DNA of 64,000 nt from Candidatus Sumerlaeaceae bacterium (GCA_049968255.1 JBMFRB010000003.1:32001-96000); one strand, 5' to 3'; positions 41,310-52,029 are shown, counted from the stretch's first letter. A program made the numbers and translations. The notes: generated from the letters alone by a model not told the origin.

Positions 41310-43148
41310 ATGGTGCGGGATGTGCTAAGGAGCGAACCAATCACGCACGAAAAGCCTCGGCGTCGAGCTCGGTATGCGCCAGCAGGGAATGAACCGCGCT
41401 TGCTAAGTTGGCTGGTGCTTACGCTTGCGATCGCAGCGGCGTGGAGCTTTGCCTTCGTGCCCCTGCGAGCCTCGCAGGACGAATGGTGGCATCTCAAAGC
41501 GGGCAAGTGGATCGTCGAACACGGCCGCCTGCCTGAAACCGATATTTTCACGTATGCAGGGGAAGGTCTGCGTTGGTATAACCACGAATGGCTGGCGCAA
41601 ATGCTTTTCTACGCAATCTATCATGCGGGGGAAAAGTGGCTTTGGGGAGGGCTTCGCACGCTAATCACCTTCAAGTCTCTTATTGTGGTAGCCACTTTTG
41701 CTCTCGTAGCCTGGACAGCGATGCGACGCTGCGCATCAAGGAGCGTCGCTAGTCTCGTGGCGCTTGTGATGGCCGATGTGGCGCGGCGGACCATTTATCC
41801 TCGGCCGCCAATTCTCTCCTACCTTTTACTGGCGAGCTTTGCTGCCGTGCTTTGGCAGTGGCGAGCACGCCGTTTGCGAACGCGCTGGCTTTGGGCGCTC
41901 CCCCTTGTCACCGTGCTTTGGGCGAACCTACACGGAATGGTGCCGCTGGCGGTGGCCATTGTGGGTGCATTTGCTGCGGGAGAATTCATGGACTGCGTGG
42001 GCCTAGCTTGGGCAAGCCGTGGCGCACCAGAGCGGCGGCGCTCCGCTGCGCATCGCATGATCTGGATGCAAGTGCGCCGGGGGCTGTTGCTTGCTGGCCT
42101 CGCGTTGGTATGCACTGTGGCCGCCATGGTGAACCCTTCCGGCGCTCATATCTTTTTCTTAGGGCGCAAGTTTACGGCTGACCCGGTGCTGCAAAAAGTG
42201 ATAGCGGAAATGCTACCCACGCCGGGGTTGCTTGCGCGTGTGGAGTCCGCTCGCGGCGTCATATGGACGTGGAATCCGCTCTACGTCTCGTTTTGGTGTT
42301 CGCTTGCGTTGTTTGGGATTTTGCTCGTGCGTCGCGGCGGCCGCCTGCCTACCGGGGTCGATTACGTGCTGGCGGGATTATTCATCTATCAGGCCGTTAT
42401 GCACGTCCGGCTGTTACCTCTCTATGCCGTGACCTGTGCACCGACGCTTGCCGTGCTTCTCAAAGACGAGCTTGCGACGCTCAGGCGGCGCTTTGGAAGA
42501 CTGGCGGCTTATTTGCCTGCGCTTGCCGCGTCAGTGATATTTTCCTATTATGTTTTCATTGTTGCCGAACCGCCGCCCCAAACGTTTTTCCGCCGTAACT
42601 TGGATCTGCTCCGCGGTAAGGATCGCGAGCCTGCCGATTATCCCACGCCGGTCATGCAATTTATTCTTCGCGTTGGCTTCCCTGATCGCATGTTCAGCGA
42701 GATCAATTACTGCGGCTACATGATCTGGTGGTTGAGTCCTGAGCATCATAAGCTTTTCACGGATAACCGCTTCGACCTTTTCGGAAGCCGCTTCTATCTG
42801 GAGGAGGCCACAGTGGTGCACGGTGTTGAACGCGCGGAGGCTCGCATCGGGCGTGGGTGGCAAGACATACTTGATGATTATGGGGTGAACTTTGTTGTGA
42901 TTTCGCGAAGTGCCCCGCTCAACGCCAAGCTTCGTGCAAGTGGGAGGTGGGCTCAAGTGTACTACTGGATTCCGCCGGACTGTTCGCCCACGGTGGGATT
43001 TAATGTGTGGTTGCGGCGGGAGGAGCGATTCCGCGCGTTGCACGACCGCGCTTTCCAGATTTTCCGGCAGGAGCGACCGACGGCGCTGCTACCGGATGAA
43101 TTTGAGCAATGGCTGGCAAGCAACGGGCACAAGGCGCCCACTCTGTGA
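41310..43148 (+). CDS. Polytopic membrane protein, GT-C glycosyltransferase-like
   Basis: DEWWHLKAG, HEWL, RP, LWANLHG, VNP, DNRFDLF; many TMs. Confidence 0.65.
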   Translation: MVRDVLRSEPITHEKPRRRARYAPAGNEPRLLSWLVLTLAIAAAWSFAFVPLRASQDEWWHLKAGKWIVEHGRLPETDIFTYAGEGLRWYNHEWLAQMLFYAIYHAGEKWLWGGLRTLITFKSLIVVATFALVAWTAMRRCASRSVASLVALVMADVARRTIYPRPPILSYLLLASFAAVLWQWRARRLRTRWLWALPLVTVLWANLHGMVPLAVAIVGAFAAGEFMDCVGLAWASRGAPERRRSAAHRMIWMQVRRGLLLAGLALVCTVAAMVNPSGAHIFFLGRKFTADPVLQKVIAEMLPTPGLLARVESARGVIWTWNPLYVSFWCSLALFGILLVRRGGRLPTGVDYVLAGLFIYQAVMHVRLLPLYAVTCAPTLAVLLKDELATLRRRFGRLAAYLPALAASVIFSYYVFIVAEPPPQTFFRRNLDLLRGKDREPADYPTPVMQFILRVGFPDRMFSEINYCGYMIWWLSPEHHKLFTDNRFDLFGSRFYLEEATVVHGVERAEARIGRGWQDILDDYGVNFVVISRSAPLNAKLRASGRWAQVYYWIPPDCSPTVGFNVWLRREERFRALHDRAFQIFRQERPTALLPDEFEQWLASNGHKAPTL

Positions 43149-43189
43149 GGCCCAGACTGCCACAGACCCTAAGCTAAGGATTAATCGAC

Positions 43190-44416
43190 ATGGCTGAGAT
43201 CAAACTCAACAAACCCCTCTACGAGGAAAAGGCTGGTAGCGAAAGCTGTGCCAGCGGCACCTGCCCAACAGTTGGGCGCCAGCCACGACCGCCACGGCCC
43301 GGCATCCTGACGCGTGCAGGCGCCGCGGTGATTGACCTACTGCTCCTTCATTTTATCGGACTATTCGTTATACGTTTTGCTGCGCAACCCATCATTGTGT
43401 TGGGCGACGCAGCACCATGGCTTGGCCTCGCCGTGGGTTGGCTCTATTTCGCCATCGGTGCGTCCTCACTGACTGGTGGCCGGACGCTGGGAAAAGTCAT
43501 TTTGCAGCTACGAACTGTTGACGTCACTGGCCCCGAGCTAGGATTCGCCAAGGCGGCAGCACGGTCGGCCTTGGTGTTGTGGCCGCTGGCATTGTTTCTC
43601 CTGGCCGACCGGATCGGCGAAACCTATGACCGTCCCGACACGCTTACACTTGCGCCCATGTGGGCGCGCGTCGCGGGGGCTGGTGTGTTCGGATGGTGGC
43701 TCGGAAATGTTTTGTTCGCGTCGTTCGATCCCTACGGTCGTGCGCTGTGGGATTGCTGGATCGGCTCAGTCGTCATTACATCCGACTGCGAGGCTGAGGC
43801 CTTAGGCGAGTTTATGCGCGCCGCGCGCATGGCTCAACAGCAACCAATGACGCCACGATCGGCGGTCGCGCTCGTGGTGACGTTTCTCATGTGTGTGGGC
43901 GGTTTTACCGCGATGGTGTGGTGGGAAGCTCAGAGGATGGCGCAGCTCCCCACGGAGGACCGTGAGCGCTTCATCGCTCAGAAAAAAAAGTTGTACGTTC
44001 CTGGCTTTGGTCAGCCCGTGCCGCTTGGACCATCGCGTGGGACGGAGCCTGGCGATGAACAAACGTCCACGGCCCATTTTCAGTACCGTCGCCGCGGGAC
44101 CATTGATACAAATGTGCTGAAAAATAATCCTGCCGTTGTAAGCAAGGCGCGCGAGCTTGCAGAAGTGAGTCTCGAAGAAATGCGTCGACTCGTCCGAAAC
44201 GAAAAAGCGGACGTGCCCCTTGACGCGTTGCCGGCGAAAGTTCGTTTTGATGTGGGCTTTGCCTCATATTGCGATTTGCTTTTCGCCTGGGATGCAGTGG
44301 AAGTTTTGACCTTCTCACACACAATCGCTTTGCGCGAAGAGCTCGAAGCCGTCAGACGCGGCCCTGCCCAAGATAAGCAAACGACCGCGACAGGGAGCAG
44401 TTCTGGAGCACGATGA
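43190..44416 (+). CDS. RDD-family membrane protein with C-terminal extension
   Basis: RAGAAVID, GRTLGK, AAARS, ALWD. Confidence 0.8.
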   Translation: MAEIKLNKPLYEEKAGSESCASGTCPTVGRQPRPPRPGILTRAGAAVIDLLLLHFIGLFVIRFAAQPIIVLGDAAPWLGLAVGWLYFAIGASSLTGGRTLGKVILQLRTVDVTGPELGFAKAAARSALVLWPLALFLLADRIGETYDRPDTLTLAPMWARVAGAGVFGWWLGNVLFASFDPYGRALWDCWIGSVVITSDCEAEALGEFMRAARMAQQQPMTPRSAVALVVTFLMCVGGFTAMVWWEAQRMAQLPTEDRERFIAQKKKLYVPGFGQPVPLGPSRGTEPGDEQTSTAHFQYRRRGTIDTNVLKNNPAVVSKARELAEVSLEEMRRLVRNEKADVPLDALPAKVRFDVGFASYCDLLFAWDAVEVLTFSHTIALREELEAVRRGPAQDKQTTATGSSSGAR

Positions 44417-44604
44417 CTGCAGTAGGCCTGAACCGCCTTCGATTTTTCGAAGCCGCTTGGCGGATGACATGGCACACGCAGGCCGCTCGTGCTAGCGAGA
44501 GCTCCCGAGACCAGAGCGGTTCCTCCTCCGCGCTAATTCTGTAGGTTGGCCTACGGCGGCTTGCTCTTACGCAGCACGAGCCCCCAGTAAGCTCGACAGT
44601 TGCG

Positions 44605-46197
44605 CTATTTCTCTTTTTCGCGACTTTGCGCGATACTAGCCGCATCCGATTGGGAAAGAGGCGCAGGGATGCGCGGCGGTGCTCCATTGAAATACATGAC
44701 AAAGTCATCGTGCGTCCCCTCGATACCATCACGGCCGGGCGCAATAAGAAGCCCCCCGGAGTCGTTACTAAGGACGAAGCGATTGCCCCAAGAGTCGGTC
44801 ACTTCCTGTTCTTCAGCGACGCCGTCGGCCACCAGTTTTTTCACCGTGGGAAATGCGCCTCCATGCGCTTGCCTATAGTCGAGCGCCTTCAGCAGGATTG
44901 CCTCCATGCGCGAGCGAGTCGTGTCAATGCGCCGCTTGTCATCCTCGATAATTTGTTCAATTGTTTTGCTTTCACTCTGTTGCCCGGGGGGATTGAGCCA
45001 CAACTGAATGCGTTTGGCCAGCCAGGAGGGTTCTTTCTTTCCTCCTTCCTGCTCGCGCGGCATCAGCGCACTGGTCAGGGCCAAAGCCACGATAAAGATG
45101 CCGATGAGCGCAAGAATGTACGTGCGAGCACGCGAGGGCGGCTCGGGTTCGGGCAGTTCCCCCGCCTCAATACGCACGATGCCTTCTTGAACGTAAGAGT
45201 TAGCACCGGTCGCGCCTGCTACCGACCCTACGTCACCTAGCTCGTCCAGAAGCACGGTCTGCGCAACGTGCGGGTGGAGCTCTGTGGTGGAAGTCCGCCG
45301 CTCTTTGGCCAGCCGATGGATCTTTGCGGCCTCTAAATCTCGAATCAGCGATTCATAATCTTGATAGCGATTGTTGGGATCTTTCTCCATCATGCGACAA
45401 ATGATTTCGCTGATGTCGCCTGGGACCTTGGGGTTCACAAGGTAGGGCGGTGTGAGTGGTCGGTTGACATGCTGGAGCATGATCTGCATCGGCGTGTCGC
45501 CCTCGAACGGACACTGGTGCGTGACAAGTTCATAGAACGTGGCCCCAAGCGAGTAGATGTCCGAGCGGTGGTCCACCGTGCGCCCCAGGGCTTGCTCAGG
45601 CGCAATATAGCGCGGAGTGCCCACAACCACCCCTACAGCAGTGAGCAGCGACTTGTCCCACATCGATTTCGCGAGGCCGAAATCAATGATCTTGAGCACG
45701 AAATCGTTGGTGACGAGGAGGTTCGAGGGCTTAATATCGCGGTGGATAATGGTTTGCCGGTAAGCGTATTCGAGACCTCGCGCCGCCTGCAGGATAAAAT
45801 CCACAAGCTGCGAAAAAGGCAGCTCAACTCCGCCCCGCGCAAAGCGGTCGAGCGGTTCGCCTTCGATGTATTCCATCACGATAAAAGGTCGCTGATGTTC
45901 ATCGTGTTCGTAGGCCAGGATGCGCGCGATATTGGGGTGATCGAGCGTCATCGCATTGCGCGCTTCACGGTCAAAGCGGTGGAGTGCCTCAGGGTCGGAA
46001 TAGGCCTCGGGATCGAGCACCTTGATCGCAACGTGGCGATTAGTGCTCGGGTCAATGGCCTTGAGCACTTCGCCCATTCCGCCGCGGCCAAGCGAACGCA
46101 CGATCGTGTAGCGGCCAATGCGTCGGACGGTTACTTCCAGGCGTCCTCCCGGAACATTTGTGCTTTCAGAGGTCATGCTCGAGTTCCCACCATGCAA
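44605..46197 (-). CDS. Membrane Ser/Thr kinase with C-terminal GspG-like domain
   Basis: GRGGMG, VAIK, HRDIKPSN, DFG, YIAPE, DIYSLG; one TM; then DSWGN...PGRDGIEGTHDD. Confidence 0.92.
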   Translation of the reverse strand: MHGGNSSMTSESTNVPGGRLEVTVRRIGRYTIVRSLGRGGMGEVLKAIDPSTNRHVAIKVLDPEAYSDPEALHRFDREARNAMTLDHPNIARILAYEHDEHQRPFIVMEYIEGEPLDRFARGGVELPFSQLVDFILQAARGLEYAYRQTIIHRDIKPSNLLVTNDFVLKIIDFGLAKSMWDKSLLTAVGVVVGTPRYIAPEQALGRTVDHRSDIYSLGATFYELVTHQCPFEGDTPMQIMLQHVNRPLTPPYLVNPKVPGDISEIICRMMEKDPNNRYQDYESLIRDLEAAKIHRLAKERRTSTTELHPHVAQTVLLDELGDVGSVAGATGANSYVQEGIVRIEAGELPEPEPPSRARTYILALIGIFIVALALTSALMPREQEGGKKEPSWLAKRIQLWLNPPGQQSESKTIEQIIEDDKRRIDTTRSRMEAILLKALDYRQAHGGAFPTVKKLVADGVAEEQEVTDSWGNRFVLSNDSGGLLIAPGRDGIEGTHDDFVMYFNGAPPRIPAPLSQSDAASIAQSREKEK

Positions 46198-46314
46198 TTA
46201 TAGCGGCGAGGTGCCCGTGTGTGTCAATGCAAACTCCGGCCAAAGCTCACCATGGGCCGGCCTTTATGTTTTTTGTCTTGCCAGGGATGCGTCGTCGCAT
46301 TTGCGTTAGGGCCT

Positions 46315-47061
46315 ATGAAAACGATATCGCTAGATGGACAAGTCGCCGTCGTGACGGGCGCTGGGCGTGGTATTGGCCGCGCTATTGTGGAAGAGTTTGT
46401 TCAAGCCGGTGCCGATGTGGTCATCGCTGACCTAGCGGAGATCCCCGCCGATTTGCTCGATTTTGTGAAGCAGCAAGGACGCCGCGCTGTGCCGGTGAGC
46501 GTGGACGTTTCGAAAGTGGCCGACTGCAACCGCCTCATCGAAACAGCGATCAGCGAATTCGGCAAAATTGATATCCTCGTCAACAACGCCGGCATCACGC
46601 GAGATGCGTTGCTTATGCGCATGGAAGAAGACGCATGGGACGCTGTGCTGGCCGTGAACCTCAAGAGCGTGTACGCGTGTAGTCGCGCGGCCATTAAGCA
46701 CATGATGAAAGCCCGAAGCGGGGTCATTATTAATATCAGTTCAGTGGCTGGCATCATGGGCAATGCTGGACAGTGCAATTACGCTGCCAGCAAAGCGGGC
46801 GTGATCGGGTTCTCGAAATCTTTGGCGCGTGAAGTCGCCGGCCGCAACGTACGGGTCAATTGCGTGGCGCCCGGTTTCATCCGCAGCAAGATGACGGATG
46901 TGCTCGACGAGAAAGTCAAGCAAGCGGTCGTTGCTCAGATTCCGCTGGGCCGCTTCGGCGAAGTCACCGATATTGCGCAAGCTGTGCTGTATCTCGCATC
47001 GCCCCTGGCCCAATATGTCACGGGCGCCGTCCTTGTCGTTGATGGCGGCATGAGCATGTAA
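46315..47061 (+). CDS. fabG: 3-oxoacyl-ACP reductase
   Basis: TGAGRGIG, NNAGITRD, YAASK, PGFI..MT. Confidence 0.94.
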   Translation: MKTISLDGQVAVVTGAGRGIGRAIVEEFVQAGADVVIADLAEIPADLLDFVKQQGRRAVPVSVDVSKVADCNRLIETAISEFGKIDILVNNAGITRDALLMRMEEDAWDAVLAVNLKSVYACSRAAIKHMMKARSGVIINISSVAGIMGNAGQCNYAASKAGVIGFSKSLAREVAGRNVRVNCVAPGFIRSKMTDVLDEKVKQAVVAQIPLGRFGEVTDIAQAVLYLASPLAQYVTGAVLVVDGGMSM

Positions 47062-47095
47062 ATCGGCAGAATCCCCAAGTTCAGATCAAAGAGGG

Positions 47096-47142
47096 ACGTG
47101 GTGGTGCTCCCCGCGCGGGGAGAACACCACGTTTTTCTTTTT
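47096..47142 (+). terminator. Rho-independent terminator after fabG
   Basis: Long GC-rich stem followed by TTTTTCTTTTT. Confidence 0.8.
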
Positions 47143-47205
47143 CTTGACCCCTATCAAGTATTCATGACTTGCGAAACGAAGCGGGGTTTGCCGACTAGGT
47201 AAAGC

Positions 47206-48231
47206 ATGCAAGGCGTGGCCATGGTGGTGGGACAAAAGCGCTCTCAGTTATGGAGAGCATGGTGCCTCGTACTTCTCAGTGTGGTGTTGCTCTCGAGCTG
47301 CGAGTGGATGTCTGGCTCGCAGGGGGGGCATTTTATATCGGGCACAGTGGAGTGCGACGAAGTTCGCGTGGCTTCACGCTACGGCGGGCGTGTGGAGAAA
47401 CTGTACGCTCGAGAAGGCGACGATTTGGCGCCGGCCGCAGTGATTGCCGAACTTGCTGCACCTGAGCTCGAAGCGCGACTGCGTCAGGCTCGCGCAGCGC
47501 TCGAGGAAGCGCTGAGCGGGCCTCGTCCCCAAGAAATTGCTAGCGCGAAAAGCGAATGGGAAGCACTCACCGCCGAGCTCGAATATGCGCGCAGCGACGC
47601 ACGCCGACTGCGTGAGCTTTACCAGCAAGGCACGACGGCCAAAGCCGAACTTGAGGCGGCAGAATCCAAAGCCGCGTACCTTGAGCGCAGTGCGGAGGCC
47701 GCGCGCAAGCGCTACGAACTGTTGCTGGCAGGCACGCGCGCGGAGCGCGTGGAGCAAGCGCGAGCACAAGTGGCGGAGCTCGAAGCCCAGCTCGCGGAGC
47801 TGCGTGTGACAGCCCCTCCGACGTCCGCTACGCTCGAGGTCCTGCCCGTGCGTGTGGGCGATGTTGTTGGGCCGAATCAGGATGTTGCCGTCCTCACCCT
47901 GCCGAATTCTCTCTACGTGCGCTTTTACGTGCCAGCGCCGTGGTTGAGCTTCCTTGCGATTGGCCAGAAGTTGCAGGTCCGGCCAGACGGGCGTCCGGGC
48001 AAATCCACGGAGGGGACCATTGAGCAAATCGCCCGTGCGGCAGAGTTCACCCCGCGCAACGTGCAGACCGAAGCCGACCGCATCGAGCAAGTGTACGGGG
48101 TAAAAGTGCGCCTGCCGGCCGAGCCATGGTTGCGAGCAGGCATGACGGTGGTCGGCCGATTCGAGCATATCTCGCTCCCCCCACCAGAATTCCAGAAGTC
48201 TGGGCGTTATTTGGGGGCGGCAGGCAAATGA
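47206..48231 (+). CDS. HlyD-family membrane fusion lipoprotein
   Basis: LSSC lipobox, ISGTVE, coiled coil, AEFTPRNVQT. Confidence 0.9.
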   Translation: MQGVAMVVGQKRSQLWRAWCLVLLSVVLLSSCEWMSGSQGGHFISGTVECDEVRVASRYGGRVEKLYAREGDDLAPAAVIAELAAPELEARLRQARAALEEALSGPRPQEIASAKSEWEALTAELEYARSDARRLRELYQQGTTAKAELEAAESKAAYLERSAEAARKRYELLLAGTRAERVEQARAQVAELEAQLAELRVTAPPTSATLEVLPVRVGDVVGPNQDVAVLTLPNSLYVRFYVPAPWLSFLAIGQKLQVRPDGRPGKSTEGTIEQIARAAEFTPRNVQTEADRIEQVYGVKVRLPAEPWLRAGMTVVGRFEHISLPPPEFQKSGRYLGAAGK

Positions 48232-49199
48232 ACGGCGACGAGGTCATTATCGAAGTCGAGGGGCTGACCCGGCGGTTCGGTCACTTCGTTGCCGTGGACG
48301 ATGTTTCGTTTCGTGTGCCACGCGCCAGCGTGTTTGGTTTGCTCGGTCCCAACGGCTCGGGCAAATCCACCCTGATTCGTATGCTGTGCGGCGTGCTGCG
48401 TCCCACCGCAGGACACGCTCGCATTGCAGGCTTCGATGTTGTCCGCGAGACGGAAAAGATCCAGGGCATCATTGGTTACATGTCGCAGCAATTCTCGCTC
48501 TACAACGAATTGACGGTGGAGGAAAATCTTACATTTTTTGCGCGGCTCCATGGACTGGGTCGCCAGCAGGCAACCCGGCGACGGGAGGAACTCATCGAGC
48601 GTTATGGTCTCGGACCCTACCGCGACCGTCTCGCGCAACGACTTTCCGGCGGCTGGCGGCAGCGCTTGGCCATGGCTTGCGCGCTTATCCACGAACCGCA
48701 GGTGCTCTTCCTCGATGAACCAACGGCAGGCATTGATCCCGTGGCGCGGCGCGAGTTGTGGGACCACCTTTTCGACCTTGCTGGGCACGGCGTGACGCTG
48801 TTTGTCACCACGCACTACATGGATGAAGCAGAGCGCTGCTCGCTGGTGGCCTATATCTACCTCTCGAAGCTTATTGCTGTGGGCGCACCGGATGAGCTCA
48901 AGCATCTGCCAGCGGTCACACCCGCCAACACGCATCGGCTTGATGTGACGTGCGAATATGTCATGCGCGGGTTGCGTGTTGTGCGCCAGCTCGAGGGCGT
49001 GATCAGCGCCACGGTGTTTGGACAATCCATGCACTTGCTTGTGCGCGACGATTTTGACGTGGAAAAGATGCGCCGCGCGCTGGCCGAGGTGGGCATCGCC
49101 GAGATTGATGTGCGCGCCATTCTGCCTTCGCTTGAAGACGTCTTCGTTGAGCTCACGCGGCTCAAGCTGCAGAACAACCACAGCAGAGGTGCAGCGTAG
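48228..49199 (+). CDS. ABC exporter ATP-binding subunit
   Basis: GPNGSGKS, LSGG, LDEP, TTHY, PSLEDVF. Confidence 0.93.
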   Translation: MNGDEVIIEVEGLTRRFGHFVAVDDVSFRVPRASVFGLLGPNGSGKSTLIRMLCGVLRPTAGHARIAGFDVVRETEKIQGIIGYMSQQFSLYNELTVEENLTFFARLHGLGRQQATRRREELIERYGLGPYRDRLAQRLSGGWRQRLAMACALIHEPQVLFLDEPTAGIDPVARRELWDHLFDLAGHGVTLFVTTHYMDEAERCSLVAYIYLSKLIAVGAPDELKHLPAVTPANTHRLDVTCEYVMRGLRVVRQLEGVISATVFGQSMHLLVRDDFDVEKMRRALAEVGIAEIDVRAILPSLEDVFVELTRLKLQNNHSRGAA

Positions 49200-49201
49200 C
49201 G

Positions 49202-50320
49202 ATGCGGTTGTGGCGAACCTTTACGGCGATCGTGTATAAAGAATTCATAACGGTTTTCCGCGACCGCACCACGCTTTTCTTTATGTTCTTTCCGCCGCTG
49301 ATTCAGATCATAGCTTTCGGCTTTGCCCTCGATAACGATGTGAAGCACATGCGCACAATTATCTACGACGAGGACCGCACAGAGGACAGCCGAGCATTTG
49401 TGGAGGCGTTAGTAAGCACGAACACATTTCGGATTGTGGGTGAGGTCGGGAGCGTGCAGCAATTATCCTCGGCCCTGCGTGCGGGACGCGCCATCGTTGG
49501 CGTGCAAATTCCGCCGGACTATTCGCGTCGTCTGCGCGAAGGACGCAATGCTCAGATTCAAATTCTCATAGACGGATCGAACTCGACCCCGGCCCTGCAG
49601 GCGCTCAACACTGCTATGGGAATTGCCTTTCGAAAGTCTCTCACCACGCTGATGCGCGAAGCTCGACGCGATGCATTGCCCTTGGAAGTACGCCCGCAGG
49701 TTCTTTACAACCCCTCGTTACGTAGCCCGAATTTTTTCGTTCCCGGAGTGATCGGCATGGCGCTGCAAATTGCGACGGTCTTTTCCACCGCTTTGGCTCT
49801 TGTGCGTGAGCGCGAGCGCGGCACTCTCGAACAATTGCTCATAAGTCCGATTTCGCGATGGGGACTCATGCTCGGCAAAATTGTTCCCTATCTTGGGATC
49901 GCTCTGGTGATGGCGCTGGCGTTGTACGCTATTATGGTGGGCCTATTTCACGTCCCCATCGCGGGCGATACCGTTTCGCTGGCGGGGGCAACATTTGTTT
50001 ACGTGTTTGCGTTGCTTAGCCTCGGACTCCTTGTCTCGACCGTTGCGGAAAACCACATGCAGGCGTTTCAAATGACCATGGTTCTCATGCTGCCCTCGAT
50101 TTTTTTCTCCGGGTTCATATTTCCGCGCGATACGATGCCGCGAATATTTTATCTTATTAGCACTGTGCTTCCCGCGACTTATTTCATCGAGCTCGTGCGT
50201 GCCATCGTGCTTCGCGGTGCGCGGTTCGCTGAGTATGCCCACCATTTCGTCATTCTCAGCCTGATCGGCGCTCTGCTTTTTGTGGCATGTGCGCTACGGT
50301 TCCGTCGCACGCTTAGCTAA
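49202..50320 (+). CDS. ABC-2 type permease
   Basis: IDGSN, YNP, RERERGTLEQL, SGFIFP. Confidence 0.92.
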   Translation: MRLWRTFTAIVYKEFITVFRDRTTLFFMFFPPLIQIIAFGFALDNDVKHMRTIIYDEDRTEDSRAFVEALVSTNTFRIVGEVGSVQQLSSALRAGRAIVGVQIPPDYSRRLREGRNAQIQILIDGSNSTPALQALNTAMGIAFRKSLTTLMREARRDALPLEVRPQVLYNPSLRSPNFFVPGVIGMALQIATVFSTALALVRERERGTLEQLLISPISRWGLMLGKIVPYLGIALVMALALYAIMVGLFHVPIAGDTVSLAGATFVYVFALLSLGLLVSTVAENHMQAFQMTMVLMLPSIFFSGFIFPRDTMPRIFYLISTVLPATYFIELVRAIVLRGARFAEYAHHFVILSLIGALLFVACALRFRRTLS

Positions 50321-50395
50321 GAAGACGACCCGCCCTGCCACATCGTGGATCACGAACCTGACGCATCCGGCCGATGTCGAGCCCCCACATCTTGG

Positions 50396-50632
50396 TCAGG
50401 AATCGAGGCGTCCCAACCAGCAAGAGGGACCGAAATCTTGCCACAACCGCTCGAAGCGTGGCGGGTAGATCATCTCGAAAAGTTCCAGGCGATCAGGAGC
50501 ATGCTGTCGGCAATATTCGCGCATCTCCTCGGTCTGGATGAGCACGTCTACCCATTCGATCTGACCATAAAGAATCAGATTTGCGATGCGATCACTCATG
50601 CGCTGAAGGGCTTCGGCGACGTCGTTGTCCAT
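50396..50632 (-). CDS. Small conserved-looking hypothetical protein
   Basis: AGGTGA before ATG; PDRLELFEMIY..RFERLWQ. Confidence 0.6.
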   Translation of the reverse strand: MDNDVAEALQRMSDRIANLILYGQIEWVDVLIQTEEMREYCRQHAPDRLELFEMIYPPRFERLWQDFGPSCWLGRLDS

Positions 50633-50740
50633 CGCCGCTCACCTGCCTTTCTTTTATGAAGTATCAGGCAAAGCAGGCTTATCGTCAAGGGGCGCTCAGT
50701 GTGCGGTTCACGTTGGAGAAAATCAGCCGGGCAGAGCCCT

Positions 50741-51877
50741 TCAATCGCATTCGACCGGATAGCCGCGCTCGATCCAAGCTTTGATCCCGCCGCGAACGTT
50801 GACGGGATCGGCGAAGCCAGCTTGGGCAAGGATTTCGCAGGCTCGAGCGCTGCGTCCACCAATGGCACAGTGCACAATCACAGTCTTATCGCGATAGTCG
50901 TCGAGTTCATTAAGTCGCTGAGGAAGTTCCGGAAGCGGCACAAGTCGCGCGCCCGCGATGCGGGCTCGCGCGTTTTCGTCAGGGTTGCGACAATCGATGA
51001 GCAGGAAATTGTTCGCTCCGTGCTCTAGTGTTTCATGGAGTTCGTCTACAGTGATTTCGCGAAAGGGCATGGCGTGTGATCTTCTGCAGAAGTCTTCGTA
51101 ATCGATGAGCTGGCGAATCGACGGGGAGTCGCCGCAGACGGGACAGCGCCGATCGCGCTTGAGCGCAATCTGGCGAAACTCCATCTGCAACGCGTCGTAG
51201 ATGAGCAGGCGGCCGATGAGCGGCCTTCCGATACCTAAAATCAGTTTAATGGCCTCGGTCGCTTGGATGACGCCGATGAGGCCGGGCAGCACGCCCAGCA
51301 CACCGGACTCCGCGCAGCTAGGCACAGCACCGGGGGGCGGCGGCTCGGGGAAGAGGCAGCGGTAACACGGGCCACCGGCGGAGGCGTGGAAAACCGACGC
51401 CTGCCCCTCGAATCGGTAAAGCGCGCCATAAATGTTCGGCTTGCCTAGCATCACGCAGGCGTCGTTGGTCAGGTAGCGCGTGGGGAAGTTATCGCATCCA
51501 TCCACCACCAAGTCGTAATGGCGGATGATGTCCAGGGCATTGGCCGAACTGAGGCGTGCCTCATGCTCCACGACGCGCACGTCCGGGTTGAGATCCGTGA
51601 GCCGTTGGCGCGCGCTTTCTACTTTTGAGCGACCAAGCATCGAGGTCGAGTGGAGAATCTGCCGGTGAAGGTTCGATTCATCGACACGATCAAAATCCAC
51701 AATGCCGATTGTTCCCAGGCCGGCCGCTGCCAGATAAAGCGCCACGGGCGAGCCAAGTCCGCCCGCGCCCACAAGAAGGACCTTTGCCGCAAGGAGCTTC
51801 TCTTGGCCCTCTGGCCCAATCTCGGGCAAAATGATCTGGCGCAGATAGCGTTCGCGCTGTCGGTCGGTCAAAGCCAT
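50741..51877 (-). CDS. moeB: MoeB/MoeZ adenylyltransferase with C-terminal rhodanese
   Basis: GAGGLG, SNLHRQ, CYRC, PSCAE, CPVC; rhodanese CAIGGRS. Confidence 0.93.
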   Translation of the reverse strand: MALTDRQRERYLRQIILPEIGPEGQEKLLAAKVLLVGAGGLGSPVALYLAAAGLGTIGIVDFDRVDESNLHRQILHSTSMLGRSKVESARQRLTDLNPDVRVVEHEARLSSANALDIIRHYDLVVDGCDNFPTRYLTNDACVMLGKPNIYGALYRFEGQASVFHASAGGPCYRCLFPEPPPPGAVPSCAESGVLGVLPGLIGVIQATEAIKLILGIGRPLIGRLLIYDALQMEFRQIALKRDRRCPVCGDSPSIRQLIDYEDFCRRSHAMPFREITVDELHETLEHGANNFLLIDCRNPDENARARIAGARLVPLPELPQRLNELDDYRDKTVIVHCAIGGRSARACEILAQAGFADPVNVRGGIKAWIERGYPVECD

Positions 51878-52029
51878 GTGCACAAAGGCGTACTCGTGGC
51901 GCGCGTTTTTTATTTCGAGCGCCTAGCGGCGTAAGTGCGAGCACTTGCCCTTGCCCAAGGGCTCAGCGAAGCTTCCCCAGAGAAGTGGCTTGCTTTGCCG
52001 CAGGTGGCCGCTCCATTGTTGTGTCCCTC

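Noticed and set aside
47101-47130. GTGCTCCCCGCGCGGGGA resembles a type I-E CRISPR repeat
   Set aside because: Single copy, no spacers or cas genes; forms a hairpin plus U tract after fabG, so a terminator
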